This document shows positions 54,796 to 63,425 of a stretch of DNA of 64,000 nucleotides, piece by piece. Every line of letters begins with the position of its first letter. Within the stretch, counting starts at the first letter, position 1. The translations under genes were made by a program, and so were the position numbers. The notes beneath the pieces are model-generated. The model was not told the DNA's origin, ran no database searches, and saw only the letters and a program-made list of their open reading frames with translations. This DNA is from an uncultured Verrucomicrobiota bacterium (GTDB taxonomy: Bacteria; Verrucomicrobiota; Verrucomicrobiia; Limisphaerales; UBA9464). The DNA lies in contig CAZRRO010000017.1 of NCBI GenBank assembly GCA_964602595.1, positions 67,528 to 131,527 on the forward strand, in the 5' to 3' direction.

Positions 54796-56058
54796 TCAGC
54801 GCGCCGCGGCGGACTGGTTCTGGACGCGGTAGAGCTTGGTCTTCGAGCGGAGGAACAGGGTGTCGTCCATGACCGCGGGCGAGGCCATGAAACCGTCGCC
54901 CAGCGAACTCTTCGCCGCCACCCGGAACTCCTTCCCCGCCGCGACGACCGAGGTGTTGCCCTGCTGGTCGAAGAAATAGAGCCGGTTGCCCGCCACGAGC
55001 GGCGAGGCCGAAAATTCGCCGCCCAACCGTTCGCTGTAATGGATCGCGCCGGACTTCGCGTCGAGGCAGGTGAGGATGCCGTTGTCGGAAATCATGTAGA
55101 CCTCCTGCCCGACGACCGCGACGGCCGGCTTCTGCGGGGCCTGCCGGCTAACCTTCCAGGCGACGTGGGTCGCCGTGACGTCGCCCTGGCCGCCGGGACG
55201 GATCGCCCACAGCTCCGGCTTCATGAAGCCGGTGGCAAGGTAAAGCAGCCCGTGGGCGAAGACGGGCCGGGTGACGTTGGAGAAGCCCGGGATGTCCACC
55301 CACCAGAGTTCGCGGCCCGTCGCGGGATCCAGGCCGCTCACGCGGAAGGCGCCCATGCTGATGAGTTCGTCGTGGCCGTCCACGGTGATGACGCTGGGCG
55401 TGTGGTAGGCCTTCTTCAGCTCCGGCGCCTTGCCGTCCAGCTGCGGGCCGTTGCTGCGGCGCGTGGTCCACAGGCGTTTGCCGGTGCGCTTGTCGAGCGC
55501 GGTGACAAACCGCTCGACGGTGCCGTCGCAGGTGAGGAACAGGCGGTCGCCGTGCAGCACGGGGGAACTGCCCGGGCCATTGCCGCCGTGGTCGTGGGCG
55601 AGGTCGGTGTTCTTCCAAATCACCTTGCCGCTCTGGCTGTCGAGGCAGGCCGCGCCGTAGCGGCCGAAGAAGCAATACACGCGGTCGCGCTCAATGACCG
55701 GCGTGGGCGACGCGTGGCTGTTGAGGCTGTGGATCGGTTCGACGGCCTCGACGCGGAACAGTTCGACGTCATGGACCAGGCGGCCGGATTCGGCGTCCAC
55801 GGCGAGCGCCCGGAGCGAATGACCGTCGTCCTTCGCGGTGGTCAGCCACAGCAGCTTGTCCCAGATCACCGGCGACGACCAACCGGTGCCCGGGAGATCG
55901 GTGGCCCACGCCACGTTCTCCGTGGCCGACCATTTCACGGGCAGATGCCGCGCCGGGGTGGTGCCGTCGCCGCGGGGCCCGCGGAATTCCGGCCAGGGTT
56001 CGGCCAGGGTGGTCAGGGTGGCCGCGAGGCCAAGGCAGAGAGCGACGCGCTGGAACAT
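54796..56058 (-). CDS. Secreted PQQ-like beta-propeller repeat protein
   Basis: From ATG 56058 (MFQRVALCLGLAATLTTLA), with blades such as SGKVIWKN, TGKRLWTT, TGRELWWV. The upstream part of track ORF 54796..57018 is antisense to the next gene. Confidence 0.85.
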   Translation of the reverse strand: MFQRVALCLGLAATLTTLAEPWPEFRGPRGDGTTPARHLPVKWSATENVAWATDLPGTGWSSPVIWDKLLWLTTAKDDGHSLRALAVDAESGRLVHDVELFRVEAVEPIHSLNSHASPTPVIERDRVYCFFGRYGAACLDSQSGKVIWKNTDLAHDHGGNGPGSSPVLHGDRLFLTCDGTVERFVTALDKRTGKRLWTTRRSNGPQLDGKAPELKKAYHTPSVITVDGHDELISMGAFRVSGLDPATGRELWWVDIPGFSNVTRPVFAHGLLYLATGFMKPELWAIRPGGQGDVTATHVAWKVSRQAPQKPAVAVVGQEVYMISDNGILTCLDAKSGAIHYSERLGGEFSASPLVAGNRLYFFDQQGNTSVVAAGKEFRVAAKSSLGDGFMASPAVMDDTLFLRSKTKLYRVQNQSAAAR

Positions 56059-56154
56059 GGCGCGAGTGTGGCCCGACGCGGGCGGCCAAGTCCACCGGCG
56101 GCTTCGGTGGCGGGCCGATTGACTCGGGCGGCCTCCTCCGTAACGTCCGCGCGC

Positions 56155-57840
56155 ATGCCCCGCCTGTTCCGCCGCCTGATTGCGTTTTGTCTTACCAGCC
56201 TGGCACTCTTCGCCGCCGAGTCCCCGGCCGTTCCGCCGGAACTTCAGAGCACCTTCAACCGCGGCCAAGTGCTCTTCGCGGCCAACTGCTCCATGTGCCA
56301 TCAGCTTTCCGGTCGCGGCACGTCCGGCACCTATCCGCCGCTCGCCGCCTCGGACTGGCTCCAGCAGAACCGCCGGCTGGCCATCCGCGCCGTCGTCGCC
56401 GGGCTCAAGGAACCCATCACCGTCAATGGCGTCCGCTACCAGGGCCAAATGCCCCCGGCGTTGCTCACCGACCAGCAGGTCGCCGATGTGCTGACCTTCG
56501 TGATGAACTCCTGGGGCAATCCTGGCGGCCGGGTCATCGCGCCGGAAGTTGCGGTCGTGCGGGCCAAGACGGAATTCCCGACCTTCGAAGCGCTCAAGCG
56601 GGCCAACGACTTCCGCCCCCTGCCTCCGGCGCCGGCTGGCTTCACGGTGGCTGAGACGGCGCGGCTGCCCGATTTTGCCACGCGGTTGGCCAGTGATCGC
56701 CTCGGGAAAAACCTGTTCGTGCTCGGCCTCAACGGCTCCGTCTGGCGCCTCAACCTCGCGACCAAGAAGTTCAAGCAGCTCGTCTGGCCCACGAACTACA
56801 CCGACCTGAGGCCGGGCGATTTCAGCACCCTGGGCCTGACTGTGGATGCCGATCGACGGCTTTGGATCAGCTTCAACCAACGGATTGCCTCCCAGCCGCT
56901 GATCACGAACGAGGTCGGCATCGTTCGCACCTCGGGCGTGGATGCCGAGGGTAATCCAATGGCGCCCAAACTCTGGTTCCGGACGGGTTACCCTCACGGC
57001 ATCGGCCCCTACAACCACGGCGTCTCCGACCTGCGTTTCGGACCCGACGGCAAACTCTACCTGGCCAGCGGTTCACGCACCGACGGCGGCGAAGCGGGGA
57101 CCGATCCGCAGTTCGGAACGATGGGCGAGACCGACATCACCGCCGCCGTGTGGCGCTTCGATCCGAAGGCCACCGACCCCCAACTGGAAGTCGTCGCCCG
57201 CGGCATCCGGAACGCCTACAGCCTGAATTGGGACGGCGCCGACAACCTCTTCACCGTCGCCAACGGCCCGGACGCCCACGCGGGCGAGGAGATGGACCAT
57301 GTCGTGCCGCCGAAGGCCGGCAAGCCTCCGCGCCACCACGGTTTCCCCTACCAGCTAGGGCTCACTCCCGCCGGCCACCGCTGGTATCCGCACACCCCCG
57401 CCGCCCCCGACGGAGTCCAGTTCGCCCTGCCCGTGGAAAACCTGGGACCTGATGCGCTCGTCGACGGCAAAACCACGGCGACTTTCACCCCGCACAGTTC
57501 CCCCGCCGGCCTCGAATGGCTCGACGCGAGCTGGCCTGAGTCGGTGCGAAACGGCTTCCTGATGGGTCGCTTCGGCAACCTCATCAAGACCGGCGACGAT
57601 CACGACTGCGGCTTCGACGTGCTGTCGGTGAAGCTCACGCGCACCGCGGGAGGCCGCTGGCAGGCCCAGACCAAGACCTTTCTGGCACCGCTGGGCCGCC
57701 CCATGGATGTCCACGTCGCCGGCGGCAAGATCTACGTGCTGGAATACACCCGACCGACCAGCTTCAAGGAACAGGCCGGTTGGCTGCCGGGGCGGATCAT
57801 CGAGGTGGCACCGGCCGGGGCTTCAGCGAAGGCGCCGTGA
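56155..57840 (+). CDS. Cytochrome c domain fused to PQQ-dependent (glucose/sorbosone) dehydrogenase-like beta-propeller
   Basis: Signal peptide, haem site CSMCH with YPPLAASDWL, then VARGIRNAYSLNWDGADNLFTVANGPD, typical of soluble sugar dehydrogenases. Confidence 0.78.
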   Translation: MPRLFRRLIAFCLTSLALFAAESPAVPPELQSTFNRGQVLFAANCSMCHQLSGRGTSGTYPPLAASDWLQQNRRLAIRAVVAGLKEPITVNGVRYQGQMPPALLTDQQVADVLTFVMNSWGNPGGRVIAPEVAVVRAKTEFPTFEALKRANDFRPLPPAPAGFTVAETARLPDFATRLASDRLGKNLFVLGLNGSVWRLNLATKKFKQLVWPTNYTDLRPGDFSTLGLTVDADRRLWISFNQRIASQPLITNEVGIVRTSGVDAEGNPMAPKLWFRTGYPHGIGPYNHGVSDLRFGPDGKLYLASGSRTDGGEAGTDPQFGTMGETDITAAVWRFDPKATDPQLEVVARGIRNAYSLNWDGADNLFTVANGPDAHAGEEMDHVVPPKAGKPPRHHGFPYQLGLTPAGHRWYPHTPAAPDGVQFALPVENLGPDALVDGKTTATFTPHSSPAGLEWLDASWPESVRNGFLMGRFGNLIKTGDDHDCGFDVLSVKLTRTAGGRWQAQTKTFLAPLGRPMDVHVAGGKIYVLEYTRPTSFKEQAGWLPGRIIEVAPAGASAKAP

Positions 57841-57915
57841 GGCCGGAGCGCGGACCGAGCGAACCGTTCGGCCGGACAGGGGCAAAACTACACTGCCAGT
57901 GGAGCCGGGCTCCGT

Positions 57916-58911
57916 TCAGTTCGTCGGCTCCGCCGGCTTCCCGGGCTGCCGTTCCGTCAGGTTCCGCTCCAGCCGTTTTCGCATGGCTTGGTGGACTTCG
58001 TTGGTCACGGCGGCGAGGTGGGTTTTCGCCGCGTCGAGCTGCCCCGCGCGGAGATGCCAGCGGGCCATGTGCAGGTAAACACCTTCCCGCTCCTCGTCGC
58101 CGGGAGCCTGGGCCAAGGCATTGGTCCACGCACCCAGCGCGGTGTGCATGAGCCGCAGCTCGGCCGCGCGTTTTCCCGCGGCATCGGCGGCCGCCTCGGG
58201 CTTCACGCCGTAGTAAGTCTGCGCGACGTCGGCGAGCAAGGTGAAGTTCAGCGGGTCCAGCTTGATCGCCTCCTGATACATGCCGAGCGCCTTGCGGAAC
58301 ACGCCCTGTTCGTCGGTCTTGAAATGGTTGGTGGCGTCGTTGCGGAAGAGGAACGTCAGCGTGCCGAAGTTGTGCCAGTAGATCGGCTCGTGGGGATTGA
58401 GCTTCAGCGCCTCCTCATAGTAGGGAAACGCCTTCTCCACCGGTCCGATGTGGCCGTAGCTGTTCGCGAGGTTGTTCCACGCCGCGGGATTCTTCGGGTC
58501 CAGTTCGCGGGACTTCTCCCACCGCTGGATCGCGCCTGGTTCGTCGCCGATGTCGTTGAGGAAACTGCCGTAGGCGAGGAAGCCCTTCGCGTTGCCCGGA
58601 TGCCGGCTGAGGAAGTCCTCATAGAGCGCCTTGACCTCGTCGAAGCGCTTGGTGACGCGCGCCTTCAGGGCGTTGGCCGTGGGCGCCGTCAGCGGGTCGG
58701 CGGGCTTTTCGGCTTCGGCCAGCCACTGTTCGACTTCTTCCTGCGCCGCGTCGTCGGCTTCCATGACGCGGCGAAGCTCCATCTCGACCGGGTTGTTGGT
58801 GTTGACCGCCGGGACAATGAAGCCGGTCTTTTCCGCAACCAGATTGCTGAGGGCCGCCGGCTGGTTGGTGGACAGCAGGACCCCAAGGGCGCCGATCAGG
58901 AGATCACTCAC
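57916..58911 (-). CDS. TPR-repeat protein
   Basis: Repeated TPR helices (AIQRWEKSRELDPKNPAAWNNLANSYGHIGPVEKAFPYYEEALKLNPHEPIYWHNFG...). Confidence 0.8.
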   Translation of the reverse strand: MSDLLIGALGVLLSTNQPAALSNLVAEKTGFIVPAVNTNNPVEMELRRVMEADDAAQEEVEQWLAEAEKPADPLTAPTANALKARVTKRFDEVKALYEDFLSRHPGNAKGFLAYGSFLNDIGDEPGAIQRWEKSRELDPKNPAAWNNLANSYGHIGPVEKAFPYYEEALKLNPHEPIYWHNFGTLTFLFRNDATNHFKTDEQGVFRKALGMYQEAIKLDPLNFTLLADVAQTYYGVKPEAAADAAGKRAAELRLMHTALGAWTNALAQAPGDEEREGVYLHMARWHLRAGQLDAAKTHLAAVTNEVHQAMRKRLERNLTERQPGKPAEPTN

Positions 58912-59019
58912 GGCGGGAAGCTAACCGCCCGCTCCGGCCGGACAAGCGCCGGCCTGTAACCACCCGCCGACACCCGGCGTCTCCCTCCGCACACGGGCGA
59001 ACCGTGGAACAAAAGTCAC

Positions 59020-59349
59020 ATGAAACACATTCTCCAGTCCCTGCTCACCGCCGGCCTGCTCCTCGGAGCCACCGCGCCCCTCCACGCCGAAGAACAACCC
59101 GAGAAGGCCAAGCCGGCCGAAAAGGGCGAAGGCAAGAAGCGCTCCGAGCGCCCCAAGCTGCCGCCCGAGGAACGCGCCAAGCGCGCCGCCAAGGCCAAGG
59201 AAAAAGCCGAAGCCCGCCTGAAGGAGCTCAAGGAAAAGCAGGCCGCCGGCAAGCTCACCGACGAGGAAGCCAAGCAGCTCGAACGCCTGACCAAACGCCT
59301 TGAGCGGGCCGCCAAACCCGACGCCAACGAGAAGTCCGATACCAAGTGA
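59020..59349 (+). CDS. Small secreted Lys/Glu-rich protein
   Basis: Signal peptide MKHILQSLLTAGLLLGATAPLHA, then a charged helical region. Confidence 0.55.
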   Translation: MKHILQSLLTAGLLLGATAPLHAEEQPEKAKPAEKGEGKKRSERPKLPPEERAKRAAKAKEKAEARLKELKEKQAAGKLTDEEAKQLERLTKRLERAAKPDANEKSDTK

Positions 59350-59416
59350 CCCGGTGACGGGATCACGGCCCCTTTTGCGGTCCGCCATTGTGTGTGGTGC
59401 CCGGTTTTCCGGGCAG

Positions 59417-59449
59417 GCCGCCGTGTGAAGGCACGGCGGTCTTTTTGTT
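59417..59449 (+). terminator. Intrinsic terminator after the small secreted protein gene
   Basis: gccgccgtg-tgaagg-cacggcggt followed by ctttttgtt. Confidence 0.6.
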
Positions 59450-59517
59450 CGCCGGCCACACCGTTTTCGCCCGCCGCCCCTTTCGCCGTTCTTGTCGCCC
59501 TGCCACGCTCCGCCGCC

Positions 59518-60099
59518 GTGCTGCCCGAAGCCAGTGACCCCGAGCTCATCGCCGCGATCCGCGGCGGCGAACCGGCCCGCTTCGAGGAGTTGGTTCGCCG
59601 CTACCAGGCGCGACTGTTCGCCACCGCCCGGCGTTACGCCCGCCGGGAAGATGAGGTGGAGGACATCGTCCAGGAGGTCTTCCTCAAGGCCTACACCAAG
59701 CTGGATTCGTGGCGGGGCGACGCGCCGTTTGAACACTGGCTCATGCGCCTCGCCGTCCATACCTGCTATGACTTCCTCCGGCGCCACCAACGCAACCGCG
59801 AACACAACCTCAGCGAGATTTCCGACGAGGAATCCACGTGGCTGGAGAAGTTCGCCCGCAGCCCGGACGAATCCACGGCCGACGCCGACGCCGCCCGGTC
59901 GCTCGTCGGCAAGGTCCTGGACCAACTGTCGCCCGCCAACCGGCTCATCATCACGCTCCTTGAACTGGAAGACCGGCCCGTGAAGGAGATCGCCCAGCTC
60001 ACCGGCTGGTCCGTGCCGCTGGTCAAGGTGCGCGCCTTCCGGGCCCGCGCCGAGATGAAGAAAATCCTCCACCGCCTCGCCCCGGAAAAGTATCTGTAA
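59518..60099 (+). CDS. ECF-type RNA polymerase sigma-70 family factor
   Basis: Region 2 (EDIVQEVFLKAYTKLDSWRGDAPFEHWLMRLAVHTCYDFLR) and region 4 (LSPANRLIITLLELEDRPVKEIAQLTGWSVPLVKVRAFRAR). GTG 59518 is the proposed start. Confidence 0.86.
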   Translation: MLPEASDPELIAAIRGGEPARFEELVRRYQARLFATARRYARREDEVEDIVQEVFLKAYTKLDSWRGDAPFEHWLMRLAVHTCYDFLRRHQRNREHNLSEISDEESTWLEKFARSPDESTADADAARSLVGKVLDQLSPANRLIITLLELEDRPVKEIAQLTGWSVPLVKVRAFRARAEMKKILHRLAPEKYL

Positions 60100-60137
60100 C
60101 CCCGCGGCGCCCGTGGCCGTCGGATTCAACCGCTGAC

Positions 60138-60455
60138 ATGAACCTCGAACGTCTCCAACGGACCCTGCTCGCCGCCGCCCGCCAGGCGGCCCCGTCGGAC
60201 CGGGTTCCCTACGCCTTCGAGCAACGGGTGCTCGCCCGGATCCGCGCGGCCAAGCCCGACCCCCTGGCCATCTGGAACGCCTGGCTGTGGCGTTCCGCCC
60301 TGTCCGCCAGCGCGCTGGCAGTGGTCACCGGCGCGATCAGCTTTGCCCAGGCCGACCTGCCGCTGGACGAAACCGAACCCACGCTGGAACTCGCCAGCAC
60401 CCACCTGGAAACGGCCCTGTTTGCGCCCGTGGGCAGCAGCCCGGAAAACTGGTGA
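60138..60455 (+). CDS. Putative anti-sigma factor (single TM)
   Basis: 105-aa ORF directly after the ECF sigma gene, with a central hydrophobic helix (WRSALSASALAVVTGAISF). The call is by position only. Confidence 0.5.
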   Translation: MNLERLQRTLLAAARQAAPSDRVPYAFEQRVLARIRAAKPDPLAIWNAWLWRSALSASALAVVTGAISFAQADLPLDETEPTLELASTHLETALFAPVGSSPENW

Positions 60456-60901
60456 AAGCCTGGAAAGTCATCCTCGCGGCAGTGCTGCTGTTCGCCGCCG
60501 GCGCACTGACGGGCGCGGCGGTGTCCCGCATCCGGACCCGTTCGGCCGTGCGGACGGAACTCGCCCAACGTGCGCCCCTGCCGGCCATTGCGTGGCAGCG
60601 TTATGAATTCCTCCGACGCGCCCAGCGCGACCTCAAGCTCACCGACGAGCAGAAGGCCCGCATCGACGGCCTGGTGAAGGCCAGCCAGGAACGCTTCCGT
60701 GCCCTGTGGGAGCCCATCGCACCCCAGTCGCGCGCCGAGTTCGAGGCGTTGCGCGAACAGATCCGCTCGGAACTCACGGCAGAACAGCAGCAGCGCTTCG
60801 ACGAACTGCTGAAGAAGACCGAGAAGGAACGCCGCCGCCAGCGCGACGGCACCAACGCGCCTGCCGGCAATCGGCCACCGCGCAACCCGCCGGCGCCCTG
60901 A
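60452..60901 (+). CDS. Periplasmic Spy/CpxP-like (LTxxQ-motif) protein
   Basis: The GTG 60452 start overlaps the previous stop (GTGA). Signal anchor, then LKLTDEQKARIDGL and SELTAEQQQRFDELL repeats. Confidence 0.58.
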   Translation: MKAWKVILAAVLLFAAGALTGAAVSRIRTRSAVRTELAQRAPLPAIAWQRYEFLRRAQRDLKLTDEQKARIDGLVKASQERFRALWEPIAPQSRAEFEALREQIRSELTAEQQQRFDELLKKTEKERRRQRDGTNAPAGNRPPRNPPAP

Positions 60902-60906
60902 GTGGG

Positions 60907-61557
60907 CTACCCGGTCACGGCGAGCGCCTCCGCCCGGCCCTTCGGTAGGCGCTGGCAGTGGTAGATGAGGTAGCCGTGGAGAAACTGCCGGACCGCCTGC
61001 ACGTCATTCGCCGTGGCTCGCAGCGCCGGTAATTCCGTCCAATCCAGCTCCGTCAGCTCGCGCATCAGCGATTTCGCCGAACGACTGAAGGCCGTGGTCT
61101 CCAGGTCCGGCTCCAGCCCTTGGGAACCCAGCAGCTTCAGCTCGAAGGCATAGACGCTCCGCGGTTGCGGCGGCTGTTTCGGCAGGTGGGCGAGGAAGCC
61201 AGTCAGGAGTTCATGCACTTCCGGCAGGGGCGTCTCGGTTTCGGTAACCTGCTCGACGAAGGCGACCGCGTAGCTCGCCTGGGTCACGTAACCGAAGTCG
61301 GTCCGCAGGCCATTGCGCATGTCGCGCACGCCGACCTCGCGCAACGTGTGCAACTCCGACCGCTGGCTCCGGGCAAAGCTGAAGTCGGCCTCGAAGAACA
61401 GGTCCAGCTTGCCGTAGAACGAAGACTTGGGTTTACGCGCCCCCTTCGCAACCGTCGCAATCCGGCCCAACTCCGGCGTGAGCCAATGCACAATCAGGCT
61501 GGTGTCCGTGAGCGGACGCGTCCGGAGGATGATCCCGCTGGCGCGCTCGTCGGTCAT
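60907..61557 (-). CDS. recO: DNA repair protein RecO
   Basis: GIILRTRPLTDTSLIVHWLTPELGRIATVAKGARKPKSSFYGKLDLFFEADF is canonical RecO OB-fold N-terminus. ATG 61557 is preferred. Confidence 0.87.
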   Translation of the reverse strand: MTDERASGIILRTRPLTDTSLIVHWLTPELGRIATVAKGARKPKSSFYGKLDLFFEADFSFARSQRSELHTLREVGVRDMRNGLRTDFGYVTQASYAVAFVEQVTETETPLPEVHELLTGFLAHLPKQPPQPRSVYAFELKLLGSQGLEPDLETTAFSRSAKSLMRELTELDWTELPALRATANDVQAVRQFLHGYLIYHCQRLPKGRAEALAVTG

Positions 61558-62156
61558 CGCTTGGCGTCGGGATCGAGCGTGGGCCGGTAGTAGGCTTCGG
61601 CGGTCGTGCGCGGGATGCCGGCTTGGACCAGAAGTTGAACTTGGTTGCTGGCGAAGGCGGGCCACCGGGCCACCGGAATCAGCTCATGCGAACCATCGAC
61701 GAGGCAGGCCTCCCGGAGGAAAGGCTGTCCAGGTAAGCCTCGGAAATGATCGCCGCCCTTGACGGCGTAACGATCAAACAACACCGCGATCCGAGGATTG
61801 CTGGCGGTTGAAAGCCCTTGGACGTAGATCCGGGTGCAGTTCGTTTCGTTGACCGGAACTCCGGAGGTCACCGCCGCCGTCAGCCACGAACCGGCATCGT
61901 CCACACCGACGAGGGACGGAACCATCCACGGTTCAAACCTTGCCCACTTCACCAACGCCTGGGGATACCCATTGGTGTGGAAGGGAAATTGCCCGGCGTT
62001 GACCGCGGCATAGTTGTTCAACGACATCCCGACCAACTTGATGCAGTGCTTGTGAACACGTCCCCAGTTCCAAATCAGGAAGCCAATCACGGCCGCGGCA
62101 CCCAGCACCAACACGCTCCCGATGCTCAATTTCTGCCATAGTTTCAATCGCTTCAT
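61554..62156 (-). CDS. Single-TM hypothetical protein, tandem paralogue A
   Basis: MKRLKLWQKLSIGSVLVLGAAAVIGFLIW...HCIK...FPFHTNG...RWPAFASNQVQLLVQAGIPRTTAEAYYRPTLDPDAKR. The stop overlaps the recO start (ATGA). Confidence 0.68.
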   Translation of the reverse strand: MKRLKLWQKLSIGSVLVLGAAAVIGFLIWNWGRVHKHCIKLVGMSLNNYAAVNAGQFPFHTNGYPQALVKWARFEPWMVPSLVGVDDAGSWLTAAVTSGVPVNETNCTRIYVQGLSTASNPRIAVLFDRYAVKGGDHFRGLPGQPFLREACLVDGSHELIPVARWPAFASNQVQLLVQAGIPRTTAEAYYRPTLDPDAKR

Positions 62157-62178
62157 GCTTTCCTGCCTTCCAAATTCC
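62157..62178 (-). repeat. GGAAGGCAGGAA-family motif immediately upstream of the paralogue A start
   Basis: The minus strand reads ggaatttggaaggcaggaaagc-ATG. A related aatcaggaaggcag at 62827-62840 precedes the paralogue B start. Confidence 0.6.
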
Positions 62179-62220
62179 CGACCGCCGGTTTTATCCCCAA
62201 TCGAGTAGAGCGTTTCCTTG

Positions 62221-62820
62221 TCATCGTTTGGGGTTGGGATCCAGCGTGGGCCGGTAGTAGTCCTCGGCCGTCGTGCGTGGGATGCCGGCTTGGACCAGAA
62301 GTTGAACTTGGTTGCTGGCGAAGGCGGGCCAGCGGCTTGCCGGAATTCGAACCATCGATCCATCCAGCAAACAGGCTTCTCGAAGATAACCGGCCCACGG
62401 ATGGGAAGAATGGTCGCCGCCACGGGTCGCAAGCCGGTCGAACAGCACGGCAATTTCCGGGCTGCCGGACTCATTCAACCCCTGGACGTAGATTCTAGAA
62501 CAAAGGCTTTCATCCACGCTATCTCCAGTAGCCACGGCCTGCCGCAGCCAACGGCCATCGTCGCCCGGCCCGACCAGGGTCCGCTCGTCGCCTGGGTTTG
62601 CCTTCGCCCACACGACAAGCGCATCTCCAAAACCGTTGGTATGGCTCGGAAAATTCCCGCCGTGGTCCGAGGCGTAGATTCTCAACGACAGCCCTGCAGC
62701 CTTGATACAATGCTGGTGCCGGCCATTGATCCAAACTGCATATTTGCCCAGCACATAAAAGCCTCCGAATAGAAGGACCACGACGAGCCAAAACCAACCA
62801 CTTCGTAGGCGCGTTTTCAT
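62221..62820 (-). CDS. Single-TM hypothetical protein, tandem paralogue B
   Basis: MKTRLRSGWFWLVVVLLFGGF...HCIK...FPSHTNG...RWPAFASNQVQLLVQAGIPRTTAEDYYRPTLDPNPKR. The start overlaps the ybeY stop (ATGA). Confidence 0.68.
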   Translation of the reverse strand: MKTRLRSGWFWLVVVLLFGGFYVLGKYAVWINGRHQHCIKAAGLSLRIYASDHGGNFPSHTNGFGDALVVWAKANPGDERTLVGPGDDGRWLRQAVATGDSVDESLCSRIYVQGLNESGSPEIAVLFDRLATRGGDHSSHPWAGYLREACLLDGSMVRIPASRWPAFASNQVQLLVQAGIPRTTAEDYYRPTLDPNPKR

Positions 62821-63293
62821 GGCGCCCTGCCTTCCTGATTCGTGACCAGCTTCCGCACCAACCGGTTCTCCTCCCGCTTCATCACGCGGCGCTTGGCCGG
62901 CTCCAGGTCGTCGAAGCCGCGCAGGTGCAAGATTCCGTGGATCACGTAACGCAGAAGTTCGGCTTCCCAGGTCGTGCCAAATTCCGCCGCCTGCCGGACC
63001 GCCTCGGGCACGCAGATGAACATCTCGCCGAAGAGCCGGTCCGGCGTGCTGCCGTGGTCGAACGTGATGATGTCCGTCGGCCCCTCGTGTCGGAGGAACT
63101 GCCAGTTCACCTCCGCCGACCGCTTCGCCGAGACGAAGTGGATGCCCAGTTCCGCCCCCTGCCCTGCCTCGGCCAGCGCCGCTTCGGCGACCGCGCGCAC
63201 CCGGCGCGAGTCCACCTGCCGGTCCCGCTGCCGGTTCGTGATGACGACGTTGACTTCGACCGTGTTGGCCATGGCTTGATCAGACCGGTTCAC
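62817..63293 (-). CDS. ybeY: rRNA maturation endoribonuclease YbeY
   Basis: TDIITFD...HGILHLRGFDD is the zinc-binding H-x-x-x-H-x-x-x-x-x-H region typical of YbeY. Confidence 0.9.
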   Translation of the reverse strand: MNRSDQAMANTVEVNVVITNRQRDRQVDSRRVRAVAEAALAEAGQGAELGIHFVSAKRSAEVNWQFLRHEGPTDIITFDHGSTPDRLFGEMFICVPEAVRQAAEFGTTWEAELLRYVIHGILHLRGFDDLEPAKRRVMKREENRLVRKLVTNQEGRAP

Positions 63294-63425
63294 TTGCGGA
63301 TCCGCACGCCCCGAGCACCCCGGACCGGCGGAACTGTTCTCACGAAGCGGCGACGCCAGAAATTAGGATGAAGCGGAAAAAAGGGCGAACCCCATTCCCG
63401 CAGCCGCCGGAGGCAGGCCCGGCGT

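Noticed and set aside
54781-57840. 1019-aa plus-strand ORF and 740-aa minus-strand ORF 54796..57018 taken at full length
   Set aside because: Each is real only in part. The minus-strand gene starts at ATG 56058 (signal peptide plus propeller) and the plus-strand gene at ATG 56155 (signal peptide plus CSMCH). The remaining portions are mutual antisense read-through.
45071-62178. Reading the TGGAA...GGCAGG repeats as sigma-54 (-24/-12) promoters
   Set aside because: The GG-to-GC spacing in the copies is 11 nt rather than the canonical 10. The copies occur in both orientations, and one lies within coding sequence. A repeat-family explanation fits better.
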